Shown: positions 1-12,941, numbered from the stretch's first letter. The stretch: DNA of 64,000 bases from Balanoglossus misakiensis (GCA_040954595.2 CM082578.2:587740-651739), one strand, 5' to 3'. Translations and numbers: made by a program. The notes: generated by a model not told the origin, from the letters alone.

Positions 1-123
1 GAATGCTCTTCGTATGTATATATCGATACAAATTGCACAAAAGACAGTCTAATTTGGCTCACTGCAGACAAAATTGCGTTTTACCAAATTTTCCTTGAAA
101 ATGTCATTTTTAGAAAAACAATT
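1..123 (-). repeat. Inverted fragment of the ~2-kb macro-repeat unit
   Basis: 1-123 is the reverse complement of 1466-1588 (gaatgctc...aaacaatt vs aattgttt...gagcattc); runs off the window edge. Confidence 0.9.
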
Positions 124-291
124 TTGCTGTTTGAACCTCTAGCTTTATGCTATATTTCGCAAAACTATTACTATCGGCTGTTAGTATACGGATCCACCCA
201 GTAGGGGACTGCAACCACCGGGCTAATTCGCCACATTTGTCCCGTATCACCCGAGGTGGGGAGGCCCCGGGGGTACGCTGGGGATTAGAAA

Positions 292-395
292 ATTTTGTAA
301 AATAAAGGGTGCGAAACTGCATTTTGTGGACTCAAAAGCACAAGTTTTGTGGCATAAGTATGTGAACCCAGTTTCGCACCCTTTATTTACAAAAT
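292..395. repeat. ~27-bp inverted repeat with ~50-nt spacer
   Basis: attttgtaaaataaagggtgcgaaactg (292-319) pairs with cagtttcgcaccctttatttacaaaat (369-395), one indel. Confidence 0.75.
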
Positions 396-460
396 AATAT
401 TATGGTCTTTTCCCAGAAAGACAAATGTACCCCCCCCCTCGTATAAAAATACAAGCCACC

Positions 461-731
461 GTTATTACATATTGAGTTTAGTTTTAAAACATGTTTAGTA
501 AGGTTTCTAATACATATACAGATATAATTTCATATTGATTTGGTGTATTTCATTTAGCTTAGCATTAAAATACATTAGGGCAGCGTTATTACATATTGGG
601 TTAAGGTGTTATTACATATTGGGTTAACGTTTATTACATATAGGGTTAGTGTTACATCTTGGGTTAAGTGTTATTACATATTGGGTTAGTATTACATATT
701 GAGTTAATTATTACATATTGGGGTGATACAG
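461..731. repeat. TTATTACATATTGGG minisatellite-like array, probably subterminal repeats of a truncated TIR element
   Basis: About 8 copies of (g/t)tattacatattg(g/a)g, mostly ~20-22 bp apart, ending ...gggtgatacag at the junction with the macro-repeat; no partner end found. Confidence 0.55.
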
Positions 732-1634
732 CTAACGAACGCTAGTGTCTGTCATAGTGTGCCGGGGTTTTAGTCGAGCCAAGCCGTAGGAGATTAGACT
801 TGATCAACGTGGTCTCTGTACGCGTTTGTCTGCTCTAGAGTGCCGGGGCTTTATCCAAGCCATGCCGTAGAAAATCTGACATGATCACCGTTGCTAACGT
901 ACGCTAGTGTCTGTCATATTGTGACGGAGATTTAGCCGAGCCAGGCCGTAGAAAAATCGACTTGTTCAACGTTACCAGTGTGCAACTGTTTCTGCTCTAG
1001 AGTGTCAGGGTTTTAGCCGACTTATGCTGTAGGAAATCTGAGTTGATGAACGGGAATTCAATGTTAGAAAACCCGTGTGGAAAGTATCTCTACCCGTTTG
1101 AAACTAAGAAAAGAATGTATTCTTATTTATTTTGTAAAAAAGACAATTTTTCGAAAAAAAGTCGAAAATGGTAATTTTGTCTTGGGTGATTCAAATTATA
1201 CCGCCTTTTCTGGAATTTGCAGCATTTTTTACAAGAGAACGACACTTCATGCTCCATAATATTTCCGAAAATGAAGAAAAGAGTTATTTTTTTATGATTT
1301 TTTTAAAAATTTACCATTTTTGTCATAATATGGCCAAAATGGCTATTTTTTCTTGAATTCCGTCTATATCTCTGCATTTTTGGAGTGGTCGAAACTTTTA
1401 ACATACAATCAACATGTCATATATAATCAGGGCACCGAATTCGAAGAACAATTAAAGCTTGTTTTAATTGTTTTTCTAAAAATGACATTTTCAAGGAAAA
1501 TTTGGTAAAACGCAATTTTGTCTGCAGTGAGCCAAATTAGACTGTCTTTTGTGCAATTTGTATCGATATATACATACGAAGAGCATTCTATACTCCATCA
1601 GATATCCGAAAATGTAGAAAACAGGTATTTTTTG
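732..1634 (+). repeat. ~2.06-kb macro-repeat, copy A (left part); 81-bp sub-repeats at 732-1050
   Basis: Near-identical to 12219-12941 joined to 13661-13839; interrupted at 1634 by an LTR element. Confidence 0.9.
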
Positions 1635-2623
1635 TGTCACAAAGTGTCTATAGGGTTGTGTGTTGTCTTGTGTGTCCAGTGTTGTTTTTGTGTGGTGGTT
1701 AAAGGTTAGTTAGGATTTGCTGCACGTCTACTTGTCTGAGGTGGTTAGACAGTCAGTTACACATATTACCATCGGACGGCTTTGACAAAATGAACTCTGC
1801 TATGACACACCACCAGTGTGAATAACTGCGCATGGACAATTCACCAGCCCTGGATTACATAATCTCTGCACTGATTTGGTTTGCATGAATAATTCGGAGG
1901 TGATAATTCGGGGAGAAACGAAAACAATAGACAGTGGAGAACAGTGGACAATCATTCTGAATAAATTATTGTAGAAAATATGTACAGCAATGCACCTGGA
2001 AGGTGGTATAAAAGGCTGCGTGCCCATTCTTGAGGGGGAGACTGACATGACAGCCAGCGGTAGCACTGAGGCACTGTGTGTGTAATCCTACCAGAATCTG
2101 ACTGCCAGGCCTGTATGGCGAAACTACCACGGTGACGGAGTTTTCCACCAAGTGTGATACGAGACATCCTGTGCGGCCACGGATAAACCATCTTCTCGAT
2201 GAAACTGGAACGACTGATATATTCTGCGACCCATTTCCCGGAACATTGTCACTACTGAACTCACTGAACTCAACAATCTTTCTTAGCAAGGGTAGGACAA
2301 CCGTTCGATAACCACCTGTTAATGTCTTTGTCATGTTTGTACCGTTTCATGTCTTTGTGTTTGTGTTTTGTGTAATATTTCTTTACTGTGCATACAGTCC
2401 ACTGGTATTTTGTCTATAGTGGCTGTCCCTGTACAATTTATTGGATCCATCGATACATTTCTGCAAGTTGAATAAATAGTCTATGCATAAACGTAATAAC
2501 GTTTCTGAGTTTTACGATTCCCGTAGTAAGGGGTCCCCAGCACACAAGAACCCAGTCACATGGTCTGAAGGAAAAGCTACCTGATACTGCTCAGTATCAT
2601 CCCTTGTATCTTACCTTGTGACA
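1635..2623 (+). repeat. 5' LTR of element 1 (989 bp)
   Basis: TGTCACAA...TTGTGACA terminal inverted repeat; first 636 bp match 9601-10236. Confidence 0.92.
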
Positions 2624-2627
2624 TATT

Positions 2628-2645
2628 TGGTGGCAGCGGTGGGAT
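2628..2645 (+). promoter_or_regulatory. Primer binding site, tRNA-Leu
   Basis: TGGTGGCAGCGGTGGGAT, 4 nt after the LTR, complementary to the tRNA-Leu 3' end ATCCCACCGCTGCCACCA. Confidence 0.85.
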
Positions 2646-2814
2646 AGTTTTCATTGAAATTCATATCTTTCGGATTTTTTTGTTTATTCCCACCGTTTAT
2701 TTCTTGGACACCCATCGTGGTTCCTGGTATATAACAAAAACTACAAAAGGGGAACAAATTGGCCAATCTTGTAGGTGTTGGTGAATCGTAAACTCAGGGT
2801 ATAATATTTGTAGG

Positions 2815-3150
2815 ATGGATCTGGCTGAAATTAAGAGAGTTGGTGAAGAGATAGGGTTAGAAGGAGGAGACTTTGCTGATTTCATAAAAGAACAACAAAA
2901 CATAGCACGAGAACAACAAAACAGAGCACGTGAAGAGAGACAGGCAAAACGAGAAGCTGATAAATTGGAAACTGAAGTAACTTTGCGTACACTAGAGTTT
3001 GAACAGGAAAAGTTAATGTCAGCTGAAAGACAGAGAGAGAAAGACAGGCAATTCGAACAAGAAAAATTAACCAGTTACAGACAATTTGAACTTGAAAAAT
3101 TGAAATGGTTAAAAAGCGAACCTGTAGAACAGAAGTTGAGTCTAAAATCA
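2815..3150 (+). pseudogene. gag: gag N-terminal coiled-coil fragment of element 1
   Basis: MDLAEIKRVGEEIGLEGGDFADFIKEQQ...RQFELEKLK, an E/R-rich coiled coil right after the PBS; truncated by the internal deletion (junction approximate). Confidence 0.75.
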
Positions 3151-3154
3151 CCCT

Positions 3155-4367
3155 CTCGCAATCAAGGTACAAATTGCATTTTGACAAGAAAACCAGTGAT
3201 AGGACTTTCAAGGTCGGGGATAAGGTCTTGCTTTTACTTCCTACAGAGCTTGACAAATTAAAAATGCAATGGCAAGGCCCATACACTGTAAAAGAAAGGG
3301 TTGGTCTGATGGACTATCGACTGGAAGTTAAGACAAGGTTGAAATTATATCATGCTAATTTATTGAAGAAATATGAAGAACGTGGGGAGGACAAGGATGA
3401 GCATGAGCCAATTAGTGGCGGTGTGATGGAATGTGTATGTATTGGGGTAATAGAAAGTAAAGAGGTGGATGAGGATGAATGTAATGAAAATAGTGATCAG
3501 GGACAGGGGAATGATTTGATAGAAACTACCTCATCGCTAGGGAAAGAAAGTATTGAGGATGTGCAAAATCTGAGTGCAGAACAAAACCAAGATGTGAGAA
3601 GAACTCTGAGACAATTTGCGCATATACTGACTGACATGCCTGGGAAATTAAAAGTAGGGGAACATGATATCAAGTTAATATCCAATGACCCTATTAGGTC
3701 TAAACCGTATCCACTGCCATTTGCATTACAAGACACTGTGTGTCAGGAAGTTGACAGTATGCTAAGAATGGGTGTGATTGAACCATCAGATTCTCCATAT
3801 GCATCCCCCATTGTCTTAATTACAAAAAAAGATGGCACCGTTCGATTTTGTATCGACTTTAGAAAGTTGAACAAAGTCACCACCTTTGATGCAGAACCAA
3901 TACCAAATTCTGATGAGTTATTTACTAGATTAACCGAGAGCAAATACTTTACTAAGTTAGATCTTACCAAAGGGTATTGGCAAATCCCAATGGCAGAGGG
4001 GGCAAAGGACAAAACCGCCTTTCTCACCCCTAAAGGATTGTTTCAGTTTCGGTTTATGCCATTTGGTCTTGTCAATGCTCCGGCGACCTTCAGTCGTATT
4101 ATGAGAATAGTTCTCAGAGGATTGCAAGGAAGGGTTGAAAATATAATAGATGACATCTTAATACACAACCAGTCATGGGCAGATCATATTGATACCATAA
4201 CGGAAGTACTCAGAAGACTAGATGAAACAGGTTTAACTGCAAAGCCCAGTAAATGTTACATAGGATATCAAAATTTGGAATTTGTGGGACATTTGGTTGG
4301 CCAGGGGTTATTGCAAATGCAGCCACAGAAATTGGAGGCACTTCTTCGTGCAGAAAAACCCCGTACA
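3155..4367 (+). pseudogene. pol: pol fragment: integrase C-terminus plus reverse transcriptase
   Basis: FKVGDKVLLLLP...WQGPY (GPY/F) followed by RFCIDFRKLN, LDLTKGYWQI, MPFGLVNAPATF, IIDDILI; cut by the CACTG insertion at PRT|VKQ. Confidence 0.92.
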
Positions 4368-6022
4368 CACTGCAAATTCTTCTGGCTTTCCTGCAAGCTA
4401 AATTCAAGCCAAATTCAAACCGGCTTGTTTGTCGCAAATCGGCTTCTTTCGTTTCTTCAAATTTGGCTTGATTTTGGCTTGAATTTAGCTTGCTGAGTTG
4501 CCGTTTTATATAACTTACCGGCTTGCTGATAGACCACAGCAAGTTTAATGAGTGGTGTGTAGGCCAACCATAGTAATGAAATATGGCTTGCTGGCCTGCC
4601 ATTCTATTCAGCAAATGAGCTTGAAGACACACCGATTCATTATCCAGTGGTTTGTCAACAAACCATCACAAATCTAAGGGGTTTGTATATAAACCAATGA
4701 ATATATTGTGATGGCTTGCATGTAAGCCACTTTCTAAAACAATGGCTTGCCAACAAACCGTCGAATAATACAAAGGGGTTGTACGTAAACCCTTAAAATT
4801 TACATTGGCTTGTCTGAAAGCCAACTTCTACTTAAAACTGGTGTGCTAGCAAACCAAACATGAATCACTTCAGTTTGCCAGCAAACCAAAAATTAGCATT
4901 TCCTGGTTTGCTGACAAACTGAGAATGCTTGAGCAGTGGTTTAAAAATCAGCCACTCTGCTTGGGCTTTGGCATGTATACAAACCATTCTTACACAGAAT
5001 GCAGTTTGTAAGCAAGCCAAAAATTTGAATTGCATGTTTTGCTTCAGTTTACCTAAAAGCTATAGTTATAAATTTGGGCCATTTTTAGCATTTTTGCTCT
5101 TTCAAGTGACTGCAGTTTCTTGTTCAACTCACCAAAGCATGATGCAATGCCATTTACTAGATTCTATACACTGCCATAATTGTACAATCAGCAATTGTCA
5201 AAAAACATAATTTTAGTCCAGACCTGAACTCATTTGCAAAGGCCAAAGTTGAGATCCCGAACCTGGGCAGTTAATCATGCTTTAAGGAGTAGAACAGGAA
5301 TAAGGAGTCGATACACTGAACAAAAATACATAAAAAATAGCCCAAAGTTAGTTACTATGCCCTTAAATAACTTGGTCTTGAAGCATAACATGTGTCATAA
5401 TGTGCAGCATCTTAGTACTCCACAGTCAATGGTATGTTAACCTGTCAAAAAAGCACACCGAGAAAGATCTTTTTTGGTCAATCATTATTATTGTAATGAC
5501 AATGTAAGAAAAAAGGAACAACGGTAAATACATGGTATTATGTAAATCAAATGAATTAACCCCATAAATGATAGAAAATATATACAATAAAACTTTTATC
5601 TCATTTTCCGTTCAAGTGGTTAGGGAAAATCATTTCAATCCATCAAAAATGCCTCATTTTTTGAATCTACTGTTTGTCAAAACTGACATGAATACAGATT
5701 TCAAAGTCACCATTAAGTGTGGAAAAGTACTTTTAAATCCTCCTTTATATGCATTTGAGTATTGGAGTCATGGCAGTAGCCTTGAGTATCTTCTTCCTTA
5801 CTATGAAACTTCGTCTTCTTTCAATGGGAAACACTCTCAAATAGTGAAAAACAAAAAGAGAAAACAATCTTGTTAGAAATTAACATGAGTGTATATTAGA
5901 AACAATTTCCAGCATGAAAACAACACATAACACATATGTACACAAGAAAATATGACAATGACTCGTATGAGACATACTCAACAAAAGAAGATAGTGTCTC
6001 TCTATTTATCAATGGGGAATGA

Positions 6023-6655
6023 CCATGAGACTGACACACATACCACAAAACACTACGATATGGTGCCATCCTAATGTTATAGGCAGCAACCATATGAGAA
6101 CATGAGACTGACCGATACAACACTACGATATGGTGCCATCCTAATGTTATAGGCAGCAACCATATGAGAACATGAGACTGACCGATACAACACTACGATA
6201 TGGTGCCATCCTACTGTTATAGGCAGCAACCATATGAGAACATGAGACTGACCGATACAACACTACGATATGGTGCCATCCTACTGTTATAGGCAGCAAC
6301 CATATGAGAACATGAGACTGACCGATACAACACTACGATATGGTGCCATCCTACTGTTATAGGCAGCAACCATATGAGAACATGAGACTGACCGATACAA
6401 CACTACGATATGGTGCCATCCTACTGTTATAGGCAGCAACCATATGAGAACATGAGACTGACCGATACAACACTACGATATGGTGCCATCCTACTGTTAT
6501 AGGCAGCAACCATATGAGAACATGAGACTGACCGATACAACACTACGATATGGTGCCATCCTACTGTTATAGGCAGCAACCATATCAGAACATGAGACTG
6601 ATCGATACAACACTACAATATGGTGCCATCCTAATGTTATAGGCAGCAACCATGA
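6023..6655 (+). repeat. 70-bp tandem repeat, ~9 copies, inside the CACTG element
   Basis: accgatacaacactacgatatggtgccatcctactgttataggcagcaaccatatgagaacatgagactg recurs at 6111, 6181, 6251...6601. Confidence 0.95.
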
Positions 6656-7469
6656 AACACAAACATAACCATGAGATACACAGCATGTAACAAACAAGAT
6701 GAAACTGATTCAATGAGCAATGCATGAAATTTTGCACCTAGAGTTTAGTGAATTGTTTCCTTTGACTATAACTGAATACATGTTACATACATGATAGCTG
6801 GACTATATTAATAAATACAGATAGGCATGTTCCTTTAAAATTAGTTTTTAGGCATAAATAGTAAAATCTCTTCCCAAATGCAATACTGAAATTATAACCA
6901 CATGGTTGGTATTTTTATAATGAAGTCCCTACAAACTAAACTGTAAAGAAAACAGATGACTAGATGACAAAAATGGATATTAAAAAAATAACAAAATCTA
7001 CTTAATTATACATACCGTGTATGCTTCAACATAAATGGTACTTGTTGACTTTTTCATATTTTTTTGGTGCCTAATAAAATAACAACTGCTCCTTCCTTCC
7101 CATAACCAGTATCACCACTCCTGCAAAACCAAGATCATTTATTTCATTCTTATGCAAATATCTGGGGTTCAATTAAAGTAGGAATCATTATTGTTACAAA
7201 TCGCAGGCATGCAGGGGTTAAATAATCCTGTGGTCCGAGATCATGGTTTATCAAAAAAAAATTATTCAGCCAATGATTTAAATATTATGGGTATCCATTG
7301 ATATAGTGTTGGAACACAAAACAACATTTTTATTGCGGTTACCCCCCCCCCCCCATGTTGACTTCCACTGCCACTAGCCCCACTCGAAGCTTCATATATT
7401 TGAAATATCTCTCGATCTACAAATGATCAATACAGTATAGATATTAATACATATTTTGAATTATCTTGA

Positions 7470-8130
7470 CTAGTAAAAGTGCATAAACAAACATGAATGG
7501 GGATGTAGGCTGCCAATAGCAAGCATGGTGAAATTCCTAGGCTATAGCGCTATAGGGCCCCACTCCGGAGCTGCATTAAAAAAATTCTTTTGATTTGCTC
7601 AGACTTTTTTGTAACCATCCACACATGATCAATGCAGTATATAAAGGATTCAGGCCTTTTAATAGTGACATACTTTGCATCGTCTTCGCTCACAAAAATG
7701 CATAAACAAAAATGAACGGGGATGGAGGCTGAAAATAGCAAGAATAATGAAATTCCTTTGGGGCCCCACTCCCTACTTTATGCTGTCAAACTTTTGACAT
7801 TACTTCTTCTCACATGCTTTTCAGCTATCATCAACACATGATCAAGTCAGTATATACAGGATTCGGGCCTGTTAATGGTGACATACTTTGCATCGTCTTC
7901 GCTCACAAAAATGCATAAACAAAAATGAACGGGGATGGAGGCTGAAAATAGCAAGAATAATGAAATTCCTTTGGGGCCCCACTCCCTACTTTATCATTTT
8001 ATGCTGTCAAACTTTTGACATTACTTCTTCTCACATGCTTTTCAGCTATCATCAACACATGATCAAGTCAGTATATACAGGATTCGGGCCTGTTAATTTT
8101 GTATTATCTTCACTGCTCGCAAAAATGTAG
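7470..8130 (+). repeat. ~213-bp tandem repeat, ~3 copies
   Basis: gtgacatactttgcatcgtcttcgctcac at 7665 and 7878; a degenerate copy begins near 7470. Confidence 0.85.
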
Positions 8131-8888
8131 TTACTGTCACAAAATGGAATGGAAGCAGGACTTACCCCAACCGGCATTGTTCTATGTTACGGTCTCGTAG
8201 ATGCTGGCGGTCAACTGCTAAGTCATTAGATGTCATCCTTCCATAACGATGCTCGGTGCCAAAGTAATTATCCACGCATATGGTATTTCGGTTCTACCTT
8301 AGGAACAGGTTGAGTGCATTGTAAATCGCTGAACGAATTTTATAAAGGGAACGACGTGATTCGATCTGCTTCCTCACCCGTGGACCGTCTTCTCTCGCGT
8401 CAAAACGTTGTAGTTGTGTAATAAATAACCTTTGACCCTGCATTCGCGCGCCAAATCAGGGTATTTCGCAAGACATTGTGCCCAGCGTGGCGTGTATATG
8501 AACCACATCCCGGCAAAGTTTTCCATGGCGTGTTTTCAAACCATACTTACATCTTTTTATGGTTTGAAAAGCGACCACTAACTCCAACGGCTTAAAATGC
8601 AGCCAAGGTTAAATATGGTATAAATTCGAGCCAGACATAAGTATCACTAAAGTTTGCGAGCAAACCAGAGATTTTGTTCAATGGCTTATAATAAGCCATT
8701 CCAGACAGGTTGTCCAGCGGCGTATTTACAAACCATTTTTCTAACATTGACTGGCTTGCTGGCACACACCAGAAAATTTAGCGGCTTGTGGAAATACCGA
8801 AGTTTCGGCAAGTATGACGAGGTGGCTTGTCAGCAAACCCGAATGGCTTGAGTACAAACCGGCTTGTTTTTGCAGAATTTGCAGTGCA

Positions 8889-9470
8889 GTAAAGCAAGTT
8901 CGTTCGTTTCTGGGAATGGCCAGCTACTATAGAAAATTCATACCAAACTTTGCATCTATAGCAGCGCCACTCAGTGACCTCACTAGAAAGGGACAACCAA
9001 AGGTGGTTCACTGGGGTATGCCACAGGAGAAGGCCTTTACTGAATTGAAAAGGGCCCTGAGTAACTATCCGGTTCTAAGGCTGCCAGATTTTTCAAAGCC
9101 TTTCATTTTAAGGGCTGATGCATCAGATAATGGACTGGGGGCAGTCGTCTTGCAAGAACATGAGAGCAACAAATTCCCAATAATTTATGCAAGTAGAAAA
9201 TTGCTTAAAAGGGAGACAGCATATTCAGTGATTGAAAAAGAATGTTTGGCAATTATCTGGGGTATTTGTAAATTCCAACAGTACCTTTATGGGAAAGAGT
9301 TTGTGATTGAGACTGACCACCAGCCACTTATCTACTTAAGCCGTGCCAAAGTATCAAATAGTCGGTTGATGCGTTGGGCTCTGTAATTGCAGTCCTTTCG
9401 CTACAGGATCGTTGCTATCAAAGGTACAGACAATGTTGAAGCTGACTACTTGAGCCGAAGCACAGGGTAA
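8889..9470 (+). pseudogene. pol: pol C-terminus of element 1: RT thumb/connection plus RNase H
   Basis: VRSFLGMASYYRKFI, DASDNGLGAV, EKECLAI, TDHQPL; premature TAA at 9384-9386, after which the frame continues to NVEADYLSR and a stop at 9470. No integrase follows. Confidence 0.92.
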
Positions 9471-9587
9471 AGCCGTTATATTTCAATGAATACCTAAGGT
9501 GAGCAAAAGGAAATAGTATTTCAGCTTCCCCATATAGCTGTAACTATAGAAACTTTTCAGTTTTAAGACGAAACTAGTTCCGTCTTT

Positions 9588-9600
9588 GAAAGGGGAGTAG
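9588..9600 (+). promoter_or_regulatory. Polypurine tract of element 1
   Basis: gaaaggggagtag immediately before the 3' LTR. Confidence 0.8.
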
Positions 9601-10236
9601 TGTCACAAAGTGTCTATAGTGTTGTGTGTTGTCTTGTGTGTCCAGTGTTGTTTTTGTGTGGTGGTTAAAGGTTAGTTAGGATTTGCTGCACGTCTACTTG
9701 TCTGAGGTGGTTAGACTGTCAGTTACACATATTAGCATCGAACGGCTTTGACAAAATGAACTCTGCTATGACACACCACCGGTGTGAATAACTGCGCATG
9801 GACAATTCACCAGCCGTGGATTACATAATCTCTGCACTGATTTGGTTTGCATGAATAATTCGGAGGTGATAATTCGGGGAGAAACGAAAACAATAGACAG
9901 TGGAGAACAGTGGACAATCATTCTGAATAAATTATTGTAGAAAATATGTACAGCAATGCACCTGGAAGGTGGTATAAAACGCTGCGTGCCCATTCTTGAG
10001 GGGGAGACTGACATGACAGCCAGCGGTAGCACTGAGGCACTGTGTGTGTAATCCTACCAGAATCTGACTGCCAGGCCTGTATGGCGAAACTACCACGGTG
10101 ACGGAGTTTTCCACCAAGTGTGATACGAGACATCCTGTGCGGCCACGGATCAACCATCTTCTCAATGAAACTGGAACGACTGATATATTCTGCGACCCAT
10201 TTCCCGGAACATTGTCACTACTGAACTCACTGAACT
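9601..10236 (+). repeat. 3' LTR of element 1, truncated (636 bp)
   Basis: Matches 1635-2270 with about 9 substitutions (by eye); the last 353 bp are missing. Confidence 0.92.
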
Positions 10237-10766
10237 AAAATTAAATTAAAAAAATAAAGAATGTTTTGCCTAAAAATGACCTTTTTGGTGCAAAAACGAA
10301 TAAAACGCAATTTTGTATTAAATCAGCTCATTCAGGGTGCATTTTTTATAATCAGCACCATTTTTACATATAATGGAAATTTCTTACATCATCAGATATC
10401 CAAATATGAAAAAATGATTTAGATTTTAGATGATTGTCCAAAATTAGCTGATATCTAATAAATGTAGTATTGAACCGTTCTGTTCCCCCCCCTACATTAT
10501 ATGCGGTACGCCGATGTCAGCTTACCCGGCAGTACTGCAGGCCGTGCCCCCAACTAACGTCGGTGTTTGAAACGCCCTGGTTAAATTCGGGCTTTCTCTA
10601 TAAATTGACAGGCAATAATGCAGTCCTACCCGAACAAATGTCGAGTGTTGACCCGCTGTGACTTTCCCTCTTCGGTTTGCCCGACTTAGCCAACGTCTTT
10701 GTACTAGAGTGTCGGGTCTTTTGCAGAGCCAGGCCGAAGGAAATCCGACTTGATCACCGTTGCTAA

Positions 10767-11731
10767 GTAAAGGATAATGTACGAGTGGAGTGCAATCGTT
10801 CAGATATTGAACGACACGAGGGCCGCAGGCCCGAGTGTCGTTCAATATCTGAACGATTGCACGACACGAGTACATTATCCGGCTTACAATACGTCGCAAC
10901 ATCTGTGTTCTTGATATATGCTAAACAACTTCTCAACCACATCAACCAATCACAAGCGTCGCAAAATACACCTGGTGTATGATTTCGATTTCGATTGGAT
11001 ACTTGTCAACCAGGGCATTTGTCACGTGGTCATTGAGGTGCCACGTTTCCATCATCATTCGGAACTCAACCTTCGACAGACAAACACCATGGCCGAAAGT
11101 AGCGACGAGCACGAGCTTTTCATTACCCATGGAGCACGTTCCGACACCCAAGCGAAAGCGAAGGGCGTAGCTTTTACGATATGGACTGGATTTTCCAAGA
11201 TTTTGGTAGCTTCATTGAAGAGAATTATACATAAACCATCGGTCATGGAAAGTGTCCTGCAGAAAATCAAGGGTGCCTTTCTCCTGGCCTGCAGCCGCCA
11301 TTGCGCACATCCTCAGTCTGTTAGTACCATTTTTTTGTCATTTTCCTCGGAACTTGTAAATTTGTAGTTTTATATTGATCAGGAATGTTCGATTGTACGT
11401 CAGCGTAGGCACTTCAGGGAAGTTTTGTTACGTCGAAAAAAATCAAGCTTTCAGGTGAATCCGTGTGTGAGGTAGAAACGAACCCCCAACCAAAGGTTGA
11501 GCCCTGCAGCGCAGAGATCACGACAAAGAAAGATGGACGAACCAAGTGTGTGCACCTGGAAGCAGTTCTTCCCGCCGGAGGCAGCACCTCCTGTCAAAGC
11601 TATCTTGTTTGTTGTAGTGAATCTTATTATGCCAGGTGCAGTGCAATATCCAGATATTGCACTGGTACCAGTGCATTATCATAGATAATGTCCCAAGAGA
11701 ACAAAGAGTCTGGTCACATGTAGTGTTGTAA
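10767..11731. mobile_element. TIR-less insertion with a long subterminal hairpin (Crypton-like non-autonomous element, tentative)
   Basis: Absent from the paralogous site (ttgctaacgaacg at 14501-14513); flanked by TAA; hairpin 10772-10880 with a 28-bp perfect stem segment and a GGCC-GCA-GGCC tip. Insertion is certain, family assignment is inference. Confidence 0.7.
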
Positions 11732-12941
11732 CGAACGCTAGTGTCTGTCATGGTGTGCCAGGGTTTTAGTCGAGCCAGGCCGTAGGAGATCTGACTTGAT
11801 CAACGTGGTCAATGTACGCGTGTTTCCGCTCTAAAGTGCCGGGGCTTCAGCTAAACCAGGCCGTAGGAAATCCGACGTAATCACCGTTGATAACTTACGC
11901 CAGTCTGTGTCATATAGAGCCGGTGCACCAGCGGAGTCACGCCGTAGGAAATCTGACTTGATCAACGTGGTCAATGTACGCCTGTTTCTGCTCTAGAGTG
12001 CCGGGGCTTCAGCTGAGCCAGGCCGTAGGAAACCCGACGTGATTACCGTTGTTAACTTACGCCAGTCTGTGTCCTATATATAGTGCCGGGGCATCAGCCG
12101 TGCCAGGCCGAAGGAAATGTGAGTGGATCAACGTGGTCTCTGTACGCATGTTTCTGCTCTAAGGTGCCAGGGCTTTAGCCAAGCCATGCCGTAGGAAATC
12201 TGACTTGATCAACGTTGCTACCGAACGCTATTGTCTGTCATAGTGTGCCGGGGTTTTAGTCGAGCCAAGCCGTAGGAGATCAGACTTGATCAACGTGGTC
12301 TCCGTACGCGTGTTTCTGCTCTAGAGTGCCGGGGCTTTATCCAAGCCATGCCGTAGAAAATCTGACTTGATCACCGTTGCTAACGTACGCCAGTGTCTGT
12401 CATATTGTGACGGAGATTTAGCCGAGCCAGGCCGTAGAAAAATCGACTTGTTCAACGTTACCTGTGTGCAACTGTTTCTGCTCTAGAGTGTCAGGGTTTT
12501 CGCCGACTTATGCTGTAGGAAATCTGAGTTGATGAACCGGAATTCAATGTTAGAAAACCCGTGTGGAAAGTATCTCTACCCGTTTGAAACTAAGAAAAGA
12601 ATTTATTCTTATTTATTTTGTAAAAAAGACAATTTTTCGAAAAAAAAGTCGAAAATGGTAATTTTGTCTTGGGTGATTCAAATTATACCGCCTTTTCTGG
12701 AATTTGCAGCACTTTTTACAAGAGAACGACACTTCATGCTCCATTATATTTCCGAAAATGAAGAAAAGAGTTAATTTTTTATGATTTTTTAAAAATTTAC
12801 CATTTTTGTCAAAATATGGCCAAAATGACTATTTTTTCTTGAATTCCGTCAATATCTCTGCATTTTTGGAGTGGTCGAAACTTTTAACATACAATCAACA
12901 TGTCATATATAATCAGGACACCGAATTCGAAGAACAATTAA

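Larger units (their letters stand above)
4368..8886. mobile_element. Non-autonomous CACTA/EnSpm-like DNA transposon (CACTG ends), 4519 bp
   Basis: 13-bp TIR CACTGCAAATTCT / AGAATTTGCAGTG, 2-bp TSD CA; removal restores EKPRTVKQVRSFLG in pol; many GGCTTG/GGTTTG..CAAACC subterminal repeats at ~4385-5020 and ~8560-8870; no transposase ORF seen. Confidence 0.9.
1635..10236 (+). mobile_element. Gypsy (Gmr1-like, INT-RT-RH order) LTR retrotransposon 1, internally deleted, 3' LTR truncated
   Basis: LTR, PBS, gag start, integrase C-terminus (GPY motif) then RT and RNase H, PPT, second LTR. Confidence 0.93.

Noticed and set aside
11732-12540. 81-bp repeat as a 27-codon protein repeat (zinc finger/LRR-like)
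   Set aside because: The frames checked contain recurrent stops, no long ORF is in the track, and no repeat-protein motif is evident.
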